DNA from: an uncultured Acidobacteriota bacterium
GTDB taxonomy: Bacteria > Acidobacteriota > Thermoanaerobaculia > Gp7-AA8
Assembly (NCBI GenBank): GCA_963822445.1
Contig: CAWGHO010000002.1
Span: 448,001-512,000 of the forward strand
DNA: 64,000 nucleotides
Direction: 5' to 3'
Shown here: positions 1 through 9,503 of the stretch, in pieces
Layout: every line of letters begins with the position of its first letter
Numbering within the stretch: the stretch's first letter is position 1
Notes under the pieces: model-generated
Database searches by the model: none
The model's input: the letters and a program-made list of their open reading frames with translations, nothing else
What the model was told of the DNA's origin: nothing
Translations under genes and position numbers: made by a program

Positions 1-227
1 TTCTCGAGCGACGTGTCCGTGATGCCAAGAAGCAGCAAAGAAATGGCCTCGCCGGTCGGATCCTTCTGCGCGGCGAAGGCATCGCGGGCTTTCAGAAGTT
101 GCGCGCGCGCCTCTTTGTATTGGTGGGCGACGATCTTCTCCCGCACGCCGGCCAACGGATCGTCCGCGGCAAAGATGAAGGTCGGGAGCAACAGGACGAC
201 CAGAAAAATCGCGCGGAAACCTCTCAT
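1..227 (-). CDS. Partial (5' end only) exported TPR-like protein, possibly TPR-CHAT
   Basis: ATG at 227 overlaps the caspase stop (ATGA). Reads MRGFRAIFLVVLLLPTFIFAADDPLAGVREKIVAHQYKEARAQLLKARDAFAAQKDPTGEAISLLLLG: signal peptide then TPR-like helices. Runs off the window. Confidence 0.65.
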   Translation of the reverse strand, partial: MRGFRAIFLVVLLLPTFIFAADDPLAGVREKIVAHQYKEARAQLLKARDAFAAQKDPTGEAISLLLLGITDTSLE

Positions 228-2437
228 GGCGAGCTTCTCCTCGGCGGAACGGATTCGAGAGTGACCTTGTCGATCGACCAGGTAGCCGGCGTCCGGAACA
301 CTTCTTTCGGCGTGCGCGTGCCCAGGAACGTCATCGCCAGCAACTCCTCGAGCGGCTGCTTGTTCGCGGACGCATCAGGGCCGCGCACTCCGGTCCATTC
401 GAAAGCCGTGAGGCTCGGCAACGGCTCTTCTGTGGAAAGCAGGAAGTAGGTGTCGACTCCGTAGGGCTCGCCAACGACGAACGACCGCGTGCCGATCAGT
501 GGAACCTCGGCGGGCGGCTGCTCCAACGGCTGTCCCGGAGTGCGGGTGATCGGCAGGAGATTCTCAACTGAGCCGGCCGCGGGACTGGGGAACAGCAAAA
601 CACCTCGCCCGTCACTGTCGATGGCAAAGACGTAGACGTATCGCGCATACACGGGCCGCGAAGATGGTGGCTGCCGTTCACGCAGAACGAGCTGGTAGCG
701 GTTACCGCCGACGAGTTTTCCGTCCTCGACAAGCGCTCCCGCGACCGTGCGGAAGGCAAGGCGGTAGTGGGAGCCGGCTGCTCCTGGCGACGTGAGCGCG
801 TGCCAGCCCTGCACCCTCCGCAACCGCACCAGCCCTTCCCGAAGCGCGAACGCGTCGTTCGTCGTCCACGCCGTGCGCAACGGCAGAGTGCTCCGCGCGC
901 GATCGCGCGCCGTTACCAGGGGCCGGACCCACGCGTACTCGACGCGATCGCGGGTCAGGCGTCCGGTCAGTATGTAGTCCGCCGATCGCGGCTCGGCGGT
1001 GAGCTCGACGCCGTCGACACTGCCGACGGCGTCGACGATCGCCGGCGGCACCGGCAGTTGCAGGAAGAGTGACGCTTCAGACGAAACACCGGCCAGCGAC
1101 GCGGCGCCGATCTTCACCTGCCGTTCGGCAGTGACCATCTCCCACGCGCCTCTGTTCCAGCGGAGGAGATGCGTGGGTGTTTCCACGGTCGGATCGTCGA
1201 TCCAGCGGATGCCGCGCCGGGCCGCTTCATCGCGAAGTGCGACTGCGGCCGCCAGCTGCTTCTGTTCCGCGCGGGGAACCCACACCCGCAACGGCGGGCC
1301 AGGCGGAGCGGCCCACGTCACCAGTTCCAGCAACGCGCCCGGCTTCAGCGTTGCGTTGCCGCGGGCGACACGCGCTTCGGAACGCGCGACCCCAAGCAGA
1401 GAAGTAACTTCCAAGCGAACGCCGTCCCGGCCCGGAACGCGCAACTCACTGCCGGCTGTCACGCCGTTCGCCCAACCGCCTTGCAATACGTACGTGCCAA
1501 CGCCGCTCGCTTTTTCCACCGCGATGACGGCCCGTTGATTGCGACGATCGGCTCGCACGCCGAACAGAGGCCTCGATTGCGTCAGCACACTCCCGGCGAT
1601 CACCGGTTGTTGCGCGGGCCTTTCCGTGTGCAGCCACGCCCGGGCGCGGAGAAACGTGTCGCTCGCCGGCTCACCGGCATCGGCGTCGCGCATGGCACGG
1701 ACGAGCGCCCAGGTGAACGCGCCGCGGATCTGTCCGCGATCGTCGAGCATCTCGAACGCGAGGTCGAAATCCTCCGCGGCGGAGAGAATCAACGCGCCAC
1801 GCTCCTCCGGGCGAGCGCCTGCCGATGGATCGCGCACGTCGCGCGGATCGGGCTCGATGCCGCGATGACCGATGCCGCCGGCGAGGCCGCGCACTCCCGA
1901 TCCGCTATGACACGCATCGAGAACGATCGTCAGCCGCCCGCCGCGGTCGAGAATGCGACCGAACAACGGACGCAGTTCCTTGTCACGGACGTCCGACGCA
2001 CCGCTGCGCGAGTCCGCCGGCACGAGCGATTCATCGAGAGTATCGGCCTCGCGCGACAGTGAGTTGCGAACCTGCGATCCGTGTCCCGAGAAATAGAAGA
2101 GGACCACATCGCCCTTGCGCGTCTCTCTTGCGAGCCGCTCGATGGAGCGCAGGATCGCGTCGCGTGTGGCCTGCTGGTCCGTCAGCGCGACGATGTTCGT
2201 GGGCTCGAACGCATAAAGCGCCACGAGCATGTCGCGCATGATCGCGATGTCATTGAGCGCGCCGTCGAGATTGGACCATTCGCGTTCGGGGCCGATGTGG
2301 CGGCGCGGGTCCGGCAGGCGCGACGCCGAATAGTCGTTGATGCCGATCAGCAGCGCACGACGCCGAACCGGCTCCGCATTCAGTCGCGCCGCCAGAAAAG
2401 CTCCGAGCGCCGCCAGGATCCATCCCCACTTTCGCAT
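224..2437 (-). CDS. Exported caspase-family (peptidase C14, metacaspase-like) protein with a long C-terminal region, DUF4384-like at the end
   Basis: RALLIGINDY, FYFSGHGS and LDACHSG (His/Cys dyad); N-terminal signal peptide MRKWGWILAALGAFLAARLNA. Confidence 0.9.
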   Translation of the reverse strand: MRKWGWILAALGAFLAARLNAEPVRRRALLIGINDYSASRLPDPRRHIGPEREWSNLDGALNDIAIMRDMLVALYAFEPTNIVALTDQQATRDAILRSIERLARETRKGDVVLFYFSGHGSQVRNSLSREADTLDESLVPADSRSGASDVRDKELRPLFGRILDRGGRLTIVLDACHSGSGVRGLAGGIGHRGIEPDPRDVRDPSAGARPEERGALILSAAEDFDLAFEMLDDRGQIRGAFTWALVRAMRDADAGEPASDTFLRARAWLHTERPAQQPVIAGSVLTQSRPLFGVRADRRNQRAVIAVEKASGVGTYVLQGGWANGVTAGSELRVPGRDGVRLEVTSLLGVARSEARVARGNATLKPGALLELVTWAAPPGPPLRVWVPRAEQKQLAAAVALRDEAARRGIRWIDDPTVETPTHLLRWNRGAWEMVTAERQVKIGAASLAGVSSEASLFLQLPVPPAIVDAVGSVDGVELTAEPRSADYILTGRLTRDRVEYAWVRPLVTARDRARSTLPLRTAWTTNDAFALREGLVRLRRVQGWHALTSPGAAGSHYRLAFRTVAGALVEDGKLVGGNRYQLVLRERQPPSSRPVYARYVYVFAIDSDGRGVLLFPSPAAGSVENLLPITRTPGQPLEQPPAEVPLIGTRSFVVGEPYGVDTYFLLSTEEPLPSLTAFEWTGVRGPDASANKQPLEELLAMTFLGTRTPKEVFRTPATWSIDKVTLESVPPRRSSP

Positions 2438-2524
2438 CGTCGTGGAGTGACACGAAAACGCGAGAGGCGTTCGATCCGACCTTTCTCAGGATTCGGTGTC
2501 CATTCTGCGGGAAAAGGAGGAATC

Positions 2525-2860
2525 ATGAGTACTTCGGTCGTTCAGGTTGAGAGTTTTTGCCGCGATTGCGGCGCCACCATTCAGTCGCGGGCAGAGATCT
2601 GTCCCAAGTGCGGCGTACGCCAGAAGATGATGACCAGCACCGGAGGGCGCAACCGCACGAGCGCGGCGATCCTCGCCTTGTTTCTCGGTGGGCTGGGCGT
2701 CCACAAGTTCTACCTCGGCCAGTCAGGTCTCGGCATCGTCTACCTGTTGTTCTGCTGGACGTTCCTGCCGTCGATCGCCGGCTTCATCGAAGCCATCGTC
2801 TACCTCTCGATGTCCGATCAGTCGTTCAACGCCAAATACAACAGCATGGCGTACGCGTGA
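2525..2860 (+). CDS. TM2-domain membrane protein with N-terminal zinc ribbon
   Basis: CRDCG...CPKCG then AILALFLGGLGVHKFYLG; RBS AGGAGG upstream of ATG 2525. Confidence 0.9.
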   Translation: MSTSVVQVESFCRDCGATIQSRAEICPKCGVRQKMMTSTGGRNRTSAAILALFLGGLGVHKFYLGQSGLGIVYLLFCWTFLPSIAGFIEAIVYLSMSDQSFNAKYNSMAYA

Positions 2861-2869
2861 TTCGCTCGA

Positions 2870-2899
2870 TTCCTCGCCCCGCGACTACGGGGCGAGGAA
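2870..2899. terminator. Hairpin between convergent genes, likely terminator
   Basis: 12-bp stem TTCCTCGCCCCG / CGGGGCGAGGAA. Confidence 0.6.
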
Positions 2900-2909
2900 C
2901 CGGGTCCCT

Positions 2910-3974
2910 TCAGTCGCGGATGATCGGACAGAACGTGACGTCGTACGGCGATTTGCTGCGCGGGCTCAGATTGATCTGCTCGAGCAGATTCGACCAGAGC
3001 ACCTGCTTCGGATGCAACGCCGCCCAGTCGACCTGAGGCTCGGAGGATGACAACGAGGCCGTGTGCGGCACCAGCCGCTCCGCCGAAGCCGGCGGTGTCT
3101 TCACGAGATCGTAATAGATCTGGAAGTGCTGGCCGGGCGCTGGCAAGGGCGTTTCCGCACCGGCCGCGGGAGCCTCGAACGGCGGGAGATTGAGGATCGC
3201 CATCTCGACGAGGCCGTTCTGTGGATACAGCTTCATCGACCGCTGCTGCGTGCAGTCGCTGAATTTGCTCTCCACGAGCTCCACGAACTCCCCGGAAATG
3301 CGAATGTCCGCGGCCACCCAGTTCGCCAGGGCCTGCGTGTATGGCGCGTCCGGGCCTTCGCCGGAAGGCTTGCGGAAACGCACCGGACGAGCTTTGCCGT
3401 CGATCTTGACGAGCGAATAGGTGAACAGTTTTCCGCTGCGCAGTTTGAAGCGGGCGACGATCATGGGATCGGACGGAACCGCTGAGCCGGTGAGCGCCGC
3501 CCTGAAGCCCTCCGTGCCGGGCGCGATGGCGCTCAGATCAGCGACCCAACTGAAGTCCTCACGCTCCTGCACGGTCGTCGGCACGAGTTGCATCGTTCCG
3601 TTCTCAGCATGGCCCCGAACATCGCTGACGATGTTCAGCGGCGCCTCGGCACCGACGAGCTTCAGATCGGATCCCGCAAGTTTCCACGCCCCACCACCAA
3701 GGAGCGCACCAGTGAGTGCCGTGGACGCCTGCTGCGGGGTCTTGTTCGCATAAATGAACTGCGCGATCGACGCCTGGGCGTCCGTAATGCACGTCCCCTG
3801 GCAACTCGCCGCGCGCGCGAGAACAATCGGCGTGTGATGGGCGAGCGTCGCACCTCCAGCCATCGTGTACTCGTGCGGCGTGTTGACCAGCAGCACGGTC
3901 ACTTCCTTACCGTCCGAGCTCGGCTGGAGCGCAATCAACCCACTGAAAAAGATTCGCAAAACAAACTCGGTCAT
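2910..3974 (-). CDS. Hypothetical protein translationally coupled to the CHAT gene
   Basis: ATG 3974 overlaps the CHAT stop (ATGA), with GAGGAG upstream; 354 aa, MTEFVLRIFFSGL...FCPIIRD; no family recognised. Confidence 0.8.
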   Translation of the reverse strand: MTEFVLRIFFSGLIALQPSSDGKEVTVLLVNTPHEYTMAGGATLAHHTPIVLARAASCQGTCITDAQASIAQFIYANKTPQQASTALTGALLGGGAWKLAGSDLKLVGAEAPLNIVSDVRGHAENGTMQLVPTTVQEREDFSWVADLSAIAPGTEGFRAALTGSAVPSDPMIVARFKLRSGKLFTYSLVKIDGKARPVRFRKPSGEGPDAPYTQALANWVAADIRISGEFVELVESKFSDCTQQRSMKLYPQNGLVEMAILNLPPFEAPAAGAETPLPAPGQHFQIYYDLVKTPPASAERLVPHTASLSSSEPQVDWAALHPKQVLWSNLLEQINLSPRSKSPYDVTFCPIIRD

Positions 3975-6900
3975 TTCTTTCTCCTCGTTTCGTCGTCCGA
4001 AGCTGCAAAAGGGGACGAGGCGTAGCCGATCATCTGAAAAGCCGCCCAACTCCGCACCGGGTGCGTCGCGCTCTGATAGGCGAGCATTTCCAACTGCGCG
4101 TTGCGTAAGGCCTCATCGGCCGCCTGACCATCCCGATAGAGTTGATGAAATCGCACGAGCAGATCCTCGGTATTGGCGTCGTCGGTTACGTTCCACAACG
4201 TGCCGACCACTCCGGGCACGCCCGCCGCGATGAGCGGCCGTACCAGCGGAGCCAGCCCTTCTGGACCTACGGGGGTCCCTCCCGCGCTGCTGCAGGCCGA
4301 CAGGACGGCCACTCGGGTTCTCTTCAATTGCAATTGCTTCAGGAGACGCTCCGCGTCAATGACTCCCGAGTCGCCGTCTGCCGCAGGTGCCATCAGCAAG
4401 AACGACCATGGCGGAACATCCGGATCGGCTACACCGTGCGCCGCGACGTGAAGAATCGTGCTTTCCGCGGCACGGCGTAGAAACTCGGGCACGGTGGCGT
4501 CAGCGTCCATCACCGGCGGGATCACGTCGGCGATCGATGAGTAAAGCGCCGCGATACGCGTCGCCTCACTGCGCGCAGCCGGCAGGCGCTTCAATCCACG
4601 CGTCAATTCGCCGGCCTGGAACGCCGGATCGGCGAACAGACGTACCGCCGTTCTTTTGTCCTTCGACCGCTGCCGGTCCTGCTCCAGGGCGAACGCGTAG
4701 AGCGTTGCGCTTCCAGCGACCGAGACGGCGTGGTCTTCAATCAGGTACCGGCCGTCAACCTTCAACGCGGCGAACGGCAGCCCGTGCATCGAGCGGTCGG
4801 GAACGATCACGAGCCTGGCGCTGTCGCCGGACGGTTTCGATTTCGCGATGAGGGCGAGCGGTTCCGCCACCAGCGCCCGGGAAGGGGCAGCCAATGCGGC
4901 TTCGAAGCGCTCGTCGTCTCCGAGGCTGGCGAAGCGTTGCAGGGCCCGCGTCCAGGATCGGATCTGGCGCTCGCCGACCGGCAGCACCCTCAGGTCGGAA
5001 CCGCCGCCCGTCACGATCCAGACATAGGTCCGATCCTCGAGCACGGCGTATTGCAACAGCGTCGTTCCGGCCGGCAGGATCCGTTCGACGTCCTGGAGCT
5101 GCAACGGCTCGCCGCCACGAATCAGATTACGAAACACATCCGGCAATTCATTCCGCTGCAGCAGGAGGTGCAGCGGCTCGTAGGCCCGTGCCTTCTCCGC
5201 ATAGTCGAATGCTTTCGCGTCCGCGCCGTCTTCGACATAGAGCTGGATCAGGCGGCGATACACTTCCTGACCGCGGGAAAAATACGCGGACCACAGAAGA
5301 CCGGCTTCTTTTTCCTGGCCCGATCGCACTGCGACGCCTTCCTGAGCGCGCAACGTCGCTACGACGCTCTCCAGATCCGCAGTCATCGCGGAACGGTTGC
5401 CTTCGAGCCGGTACAGGTCAGCACGCTGCATCAAAAATGACGCGACCAGAGCTCGGTAACGGGTATCGCCAACGAGCTGGATTGCCTCGGACATCGCGGC
5501 AATGGCGGCCTTGCGATTCGAGCCGGCCAATGACTGACCTTCAATCTCCGCCAGCAGGGCGCGAAAGCCGCGCTCCACTTCCGTGTCCGGCTGGTCGGAG
5601 CTAAGCCCTGCCGCTTCGCCGAGATCGGCACGAGCCCCTGCGCGGTCGCCCAGTTTCAGGCGAATCGCACCGCGATTGAGCACGGCAACGCCCAGGTGGC
5701 GGCGGAGCCCCTCGATTTCCTCTTCAGCTGCACGCGAAAGCCCATCCTCGATCGCTTTGACGGCTAGGTTCTGGTAACGAAGAGCGACCGACGGATATCC
5801 CAGTTCGAGTGCCGAAGCTGCGATCTCGCCGTATCTCGAATGCCGTGCCTGTACATTGACTATGTCGGCGATGCGTTGCTGATCCTGAAAAACCGCTTGC
5901 CACGTGAATTCCGCATGGCCAACGCGACGGTACAAACCAATGATGTTGTTCTGGGTGGTGCTGATATTTTCCCGGTCGTTGATGGTCTTGAAGATCGCCT
6001 GGGCCTTCTTGTATTCGGCGAGAGCATCGATGCTCAGTCCCTCGACCATGAAACAATACCCGCGTCCCGCATGAACGCGCGCGATCACAGATGGATGACG
6101 GCCCTGCGCCTCGCGCTCGATGGCGCGCAAGCCGTCAGCGACCTCGCTGTAACGCCGGTCCATCGCGAGCACGGAAAGGCGGCCCAACGCCGCTCCGACG
6201 CGCAATGGACTGCCCGCCGCGCCCAATGCCGCTTCGGCCTGCTTGAACGCCGCCCCGGCCTTGTCACCAACCCTCAAGGCTCTGCCCGACTGCAGCGCCA
6301 GATGCCCCTCTCGCAACAACGCAAGAACGCGAGGATCGCTTGCTTCACGAATGCGGCGCACCGCATCGAGCAGATACCGGTCACGCTCCAGTTCGGCGAG
6401 CGCGGATGCGATCATTTCCGCAAGAGCGAGGTTTCGTCCCGCCTCTTCAGCGCCGCCTTCACGCGAAGCCGTCGCCCACGCCGGCAGAAGCTCTTCTTCG
6501 ACGTACCTTTGCGCCGCGTTGTGATACGGCGCCACCAGTTCACGCACTGCCACGCGATCGCCGGCCGCGCCTGCGATCGGCAGGCGCTCTTTGTTGAGCT
6601 CCCACAGCGTTGCAGCCTTGCGGCTGCGCTCCGACATCAGCCGGGCATAGTGCTGGCCCGCCTCGCTGGCCCACGAAGGGTCCGCGTCCTTGCGTAACGC
6701 ATCCCATGACCGGATTGCATCGTCAGTGAATCCGAGCGCTTCCTCGGCGAGTGCCCGATTGAACCGTGCCGCGATCGACGACGATGAGCCCGCCACCGCG
6801 CGGTCGGCGGCGGCAAGCGAGCGGACCAGGTCGGACGGCTGATCCTTCCGCTGCGCCCGGACGTAGTACGCACCGGCCAGATCACTGAGGAACGCCGCGT

Positions 6901-7267
6901 CGGATCGGCTCCCGGCGAGCGTCTCCAGTCTCTCGACCGCTGCGTCGGTGCATTGTTCGACTCGGGCGAGTAATTGCACGGCGTCCGTCGCTGTATTCAT
7001 CCTGTCGTCACATTCACTGACGGCAAGAGACACGAGTTCTCTGGGAAGGTTGATCGGCCCGCAATCGGCGGTTTCGAGGACCGAGCCGGCGTGCGGAAGC
7101 CGCTTGGTGCAGGGCCGCCAACGCTCGAATCCGCTCAAGAACGCTTCCGTCGTCCTCAGAGCAGTTTGCTCCTGCCGTTCGCGGCTGCAGAAGAAGCCCG
7201 ACATACAAAGAACGAGGAGGAAGAGCAGGACAGGCTGCCGCCATCGAGCAATGTAGGAAGGGCTCAT
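3971..7267 (-). CDS. TPR-CHAT domain protease (clan CD) with N-terminal hydrophobic export/anchor segment
   Basis: AFDYAEKARA, LVIVPDRSMHGLPFAAL, LHVAAHG, VLSACSS, VVGTLWNV, WAAF; start set at MSPSY to avoid overlapping the sigma gene. Confidence 0.92.
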   Translation of the reverse strand: MSPSYIARWRQPVLLFLLVLCMSGFFCSRERQEQTALRTTEAFLSGFERWRPCTKRLPHAGSVLETADCGPINLPRELVSLAVSECDDRMNTATDAVQLLARVEQCTDAAVERLETLAGSRSDAAFLSDLAGAYYVRAQRKDQPSDLVRSLAAADRAVAGSSSSIAARFNRALAEEALGFTDDAIRSWDALRKDADPSWASEAGQHYARLMSERSRKAATLWELNKERLPIAGAAGDRVAVRELVAPYHNAAQRYVEEELLPAWATASREGGAEEAGRNLALAEMIASALAELERDRYLLDAVRRIREASDPRVLALLREGHLALQSGRALRVGDKAGAAFKQAEAALGAAGSPLRVGAALGRLSVLAMDRRYSEVADGLRAIEREAQGRHPSVIARVHAGRGYCFMVEGLSIDALAEYKKAQAIFKTINDRENISTTQNNIIGLYRRVGHAEFTWQAVFQDQQRIADIVNVQARHSRYGEIAASALELGYPSVALRYQNLAVKAIEDGLSRAAEEEIEGLRRHLGVAVLNRGAIRLKLGDRAGARADLGEAAGLSSDQPDTEVERGFRALLAEIEGQSLAGSNRKAAIAAMSEAIQLVGDTRYRALVASFLMQRADLYRLEGNRSAMTADLESVVATLRAQEGVAVRSGQEKEAGLLWSAYFSRGQEVYRRLIQLYVEDGADAKAFDYAEKARAYEPLHLLLQRNELPDVFRNLIRGGEPLQLQDVERILPAGTTLLQYAVLEDRTYVWIVTGGGSDLRVLPVGERQIRSWTRALQRFASLGDDERFEAALAAPSRALVAEPLALIAKSKPSGDSARLVIVPDRSMHGLPFAALKVDGRYLIEDHAVSVAGSATLYAFALEQDRQRSKDKRTAVRLFADPAFQAGELTRGLKRLPAARSEATRIAALYSSIADVIPPVMDADATVPEFLRRAAESTILHVAAHGVADPDVPPWSFLLMAPAADGDSGVIDAERLLKQLQLKRTRVAVLSACSSAGGTPVGPEGLAPLVRPLIAAGVPGVVGTLWNVTDDANTEDLLVRFHQLYRDGQAADEALRNAQLEMLAYQSATHPVRSWAAFQMIGYASSPFAASDDETRRKK

Positions 7268-7333
7268 CGCAGCTTCTCCACAGGTACCGTGTTTGCGAAT
7301 TGAATGATTCGACCGATGATATACAAGACACGT

Positions 7334-7879
7334 ATGGGCGGCGACCGCGAGAAGCAGTTCGAAGAGCTGTACGCCTACTATCCGGCCGTCGTGAAATTGC
7401 TCCTCGAGCTCGGACTCGAGCTCGAGGACGCCAGAGATCTCGCTCAGAAAGTGTTCGTTCGTGTCTATGAACACATGGATGCGTATCGCGGCGAGTCGCG
7501 ATGGAGTTACCTGCAGAAGGTGACCCGACGTCTTGCCTACAATAAGAACCGCGACGACCACGCCACCAAACGGCAGCACGGCATTGAGGTTCAGACCGAG
7601 GAGATTCTCGAGCTGGAGGACACCCGGACCCCGGCGCCGGACGCGGTATTGCAGAGCAAGCAGGAGACCGAACGCTTGCGACGCGCCATCATTCAGCTCG
7701 AACCGAAAGACCAGACGAGCATTCGTTTGAAGCTGGCCGGATACAGCCTCGACGAGATTGCCCAGGTCGTCGGCACCACCGCTTCGGCACTGAAATCGCG
7801 CCTCAATGGCGTCCGGAAGCGATTGCGCGAGCTGTTGGGTGACGATGTGGAAGGATTGGGTGGGAGCGATGATCAGTAG
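7334..7879 (+). CDS. ECF sigma-70 factor
   Basis: Region 2 DARDLAQKVFVRVY...WSYL; region 4 GYSLDEIAQVVGTTASALKSRLN. Confidence 0.92.
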   Translation: MGGDREKQFEELYAYYPAVVKLLLELGLELEDARDLAQKVFVRVYEHMDAYRGESRWSYLQKVTRRLAYNKNRDDHATKRQHGIEVQTEEILELEDTRTPAPDAVLQSKQETERLRRAIIQLEPKDQTSIRLKLAGYSLDEIAQVVGTTASALKSRLNGVRKRLRELLGDDVEGLGGSDDQ

Positions 7880-8612
7880 GGAAGCGTGGGAAGAGGCGAC
7901 TCGCGATCTGATCGCCGAAGGGCGCGGACGCGTCGGACCGCCGCCGACCTTCGAAGAAGCGGAGGCCCTTTCTCTCGGCCAGCTTTCGGAGGCCGAGACG
8001 GAGCGCGTCCGCGAACGACTTTCCTACTATCCGGACATGCTCGCCATCCTCGTTCACCCGTTCCCGGAAGATGCGGACGGCGTGTTGACTCACGAAGAGC
8101 TCGCGGCGGATCTCGCGAAGATCCGCGAACAGATCCGGCGCGTACCCGAACCGCCGATCACCTTCCCTCGGCGCAATTTCTCGCCCCGCACGATGGCTCT
8201 CGCCGCGGGGATCGTGATCGCGATCTCGATTGGCAGCATCGCCATGTGGCGATTCAGTTCGGAACCGAGGTCCATCTCGACGAGAGTGCTTTTCCCGGAT
8301 GGAGTCCGTGGAGGCACGCGTGGCGTGCCGGAACAGCCGCGCACCCCGCTCTCCACGAAAACCGACTATGAACTGGAACTGCTTTTCAGCGCAGATCGAC
8401 GATCCGGCGAATCGCACATCGAGCTTTACGACGTCAGCAGCAAGACTCCGCGTCTGCTCTGGACTCGCGAACACGTGCAACAGCAGCCCAACGGTGCCTT
8501 CCACGTCAGGCTGGCAACGGACGATCTGGAGCCGGGTCTTTATCGGCTGGTCATCACGGATGAGAAGAACGAGAAACTGGCGGAGTACACGCTACGACTC
8601 TCGGCTCCGTGA
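7869..8612 (+). CDS. Membrane-anchored anti-sigma-like protein
   Basis: Overlaps the sigma 3' end; ASD-like N-terminus (GQLSEAETERVRERL), one TM (MALAAGIVIAISIGSIAMW), Ig-like C-terminus (LEPGLYRLVI). Confidence 0.75.
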   Translation: MISREAWEEATRDLIAEGRGRVGPPPTFEEAEALSLGQLSEAETERVRERLSYYPDMLAILVHPFPEDADGVLTHEELAADLAKIREQIRRVPEPPITFPRRNFSPRTMALAAGIVIAISIGSIAMWRFSSEPRSISTRVLFPDGVRGGTRGVPEQPRTPLSTKTDYELELLFSADRRSGESHIELYDVSSKTPRLLWTREHVQQQPNGAFHVRLATDDLEPGLYRLVITDEKNEKLAEYTLRLSAP

Positions 8613-8633
8613 TCGTCGCTTCAACTACCTTCT

Positions 8634-9500
8634 TCAGAACAAATCCGGCAAATGCATGAAGTTCCGCATCGCCGCGACGGTCCTCGGCGAGATCTCGCTC
8701 AGAAAAAACGTGAGCGCCTCCACGGTCGCCGCGGGAATCGCGTAGCGCGTCACGAACTCCACTTCGACGTCGTGAACCGCACCCTCGGCTCGTGGAAAGA
8801 GATCGTCGACGGCACGCTCGTTGGGATTGATGACTGTCGCGGTGACTCCCGCGTCCGCGAAGGCGGTTGAAAATTGATCGCGACGGTAGCCGTAGTGCGT
8901 GCAGGCGAGACAGGCGACGATCGGTGCGGCGGGACGGTCCACCTTGTCCAGTGCTGTTGCAACCCAGCGGCGGATCTCCGAAGCCGTGCGCGAGCCCTCG
9001 CGATCCTCGGAGATCGTGTCGGCCAGGCCGGGACAGGCCTGGCTCACGATGCGTGACGGCTCGACTCCGCGCGCGACGAGAAGGCGCGGATACGTACCAG
9101 CGTCGATCGTCGTCTGCGTTCCGAAGATGATGGCCACACTCGCCGGATCCGCCTCGAGCTCCTTCAGCACCAGATCGACTCCGGTCTCGACGATGCCCTT
9201 CACCGGAATCACCGCGTCGCGAAAGTACGGCGTGTCGGGAAGCAGCACCGAGAGGGTGTTGCACGCGACGTAAATCGAGTCAGGCTCGAACCGCTCCGTC
9301 ACGTTCCGCAGGAAGCGGTCGAAGGTCTCGATCTTCACCTCGCGGGACGGCATGGAGTTGTAGCCGTAATCGTTTTCCGGCGCAGCGTTGGCGAATGTCA
9401 GGCGCACCGGCTCCGTGAAACCGTGCGTGCGCACGAACCGCTCGGCATACGCGACGACGGAGAGACCGCCCACACCCGAATCGGTGATGAGGATGTGCAT
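8634..9500 (-). CDS. Glutamate racemase-like (Asp/Glu racemase family)
   Basis: DSGVGGLSV, ACNT and LACTHY catalytic Cys motifs. Confidence 0.85.
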   Translation of the reverse strand: MHILITDSGVGGLSVVAYAERFVRTHGFTEPVRLTFANAAPENDYGYNSMPSREVKIETFDRFLRNVTERFEPDSIYVACNTLSVLLPDTPYFRDAVIPVKGIVETGVDLVLKELEADPASVAIIFGTQTTIDAGTYPRLLVARGVEPSRIVSQACPGLADTISEDREGSRTASEIRRWVATALDKVDRPAAPIVACLACTHYGYRRDQFSTAFADAGVTATVINPNERAVDDLFPRAEGAVHDVEVEFVTRYAIPAATVEALTFFLSEISPRTVAAMRNFMHLPDLF

Positions 9501-9503
9501 CGC

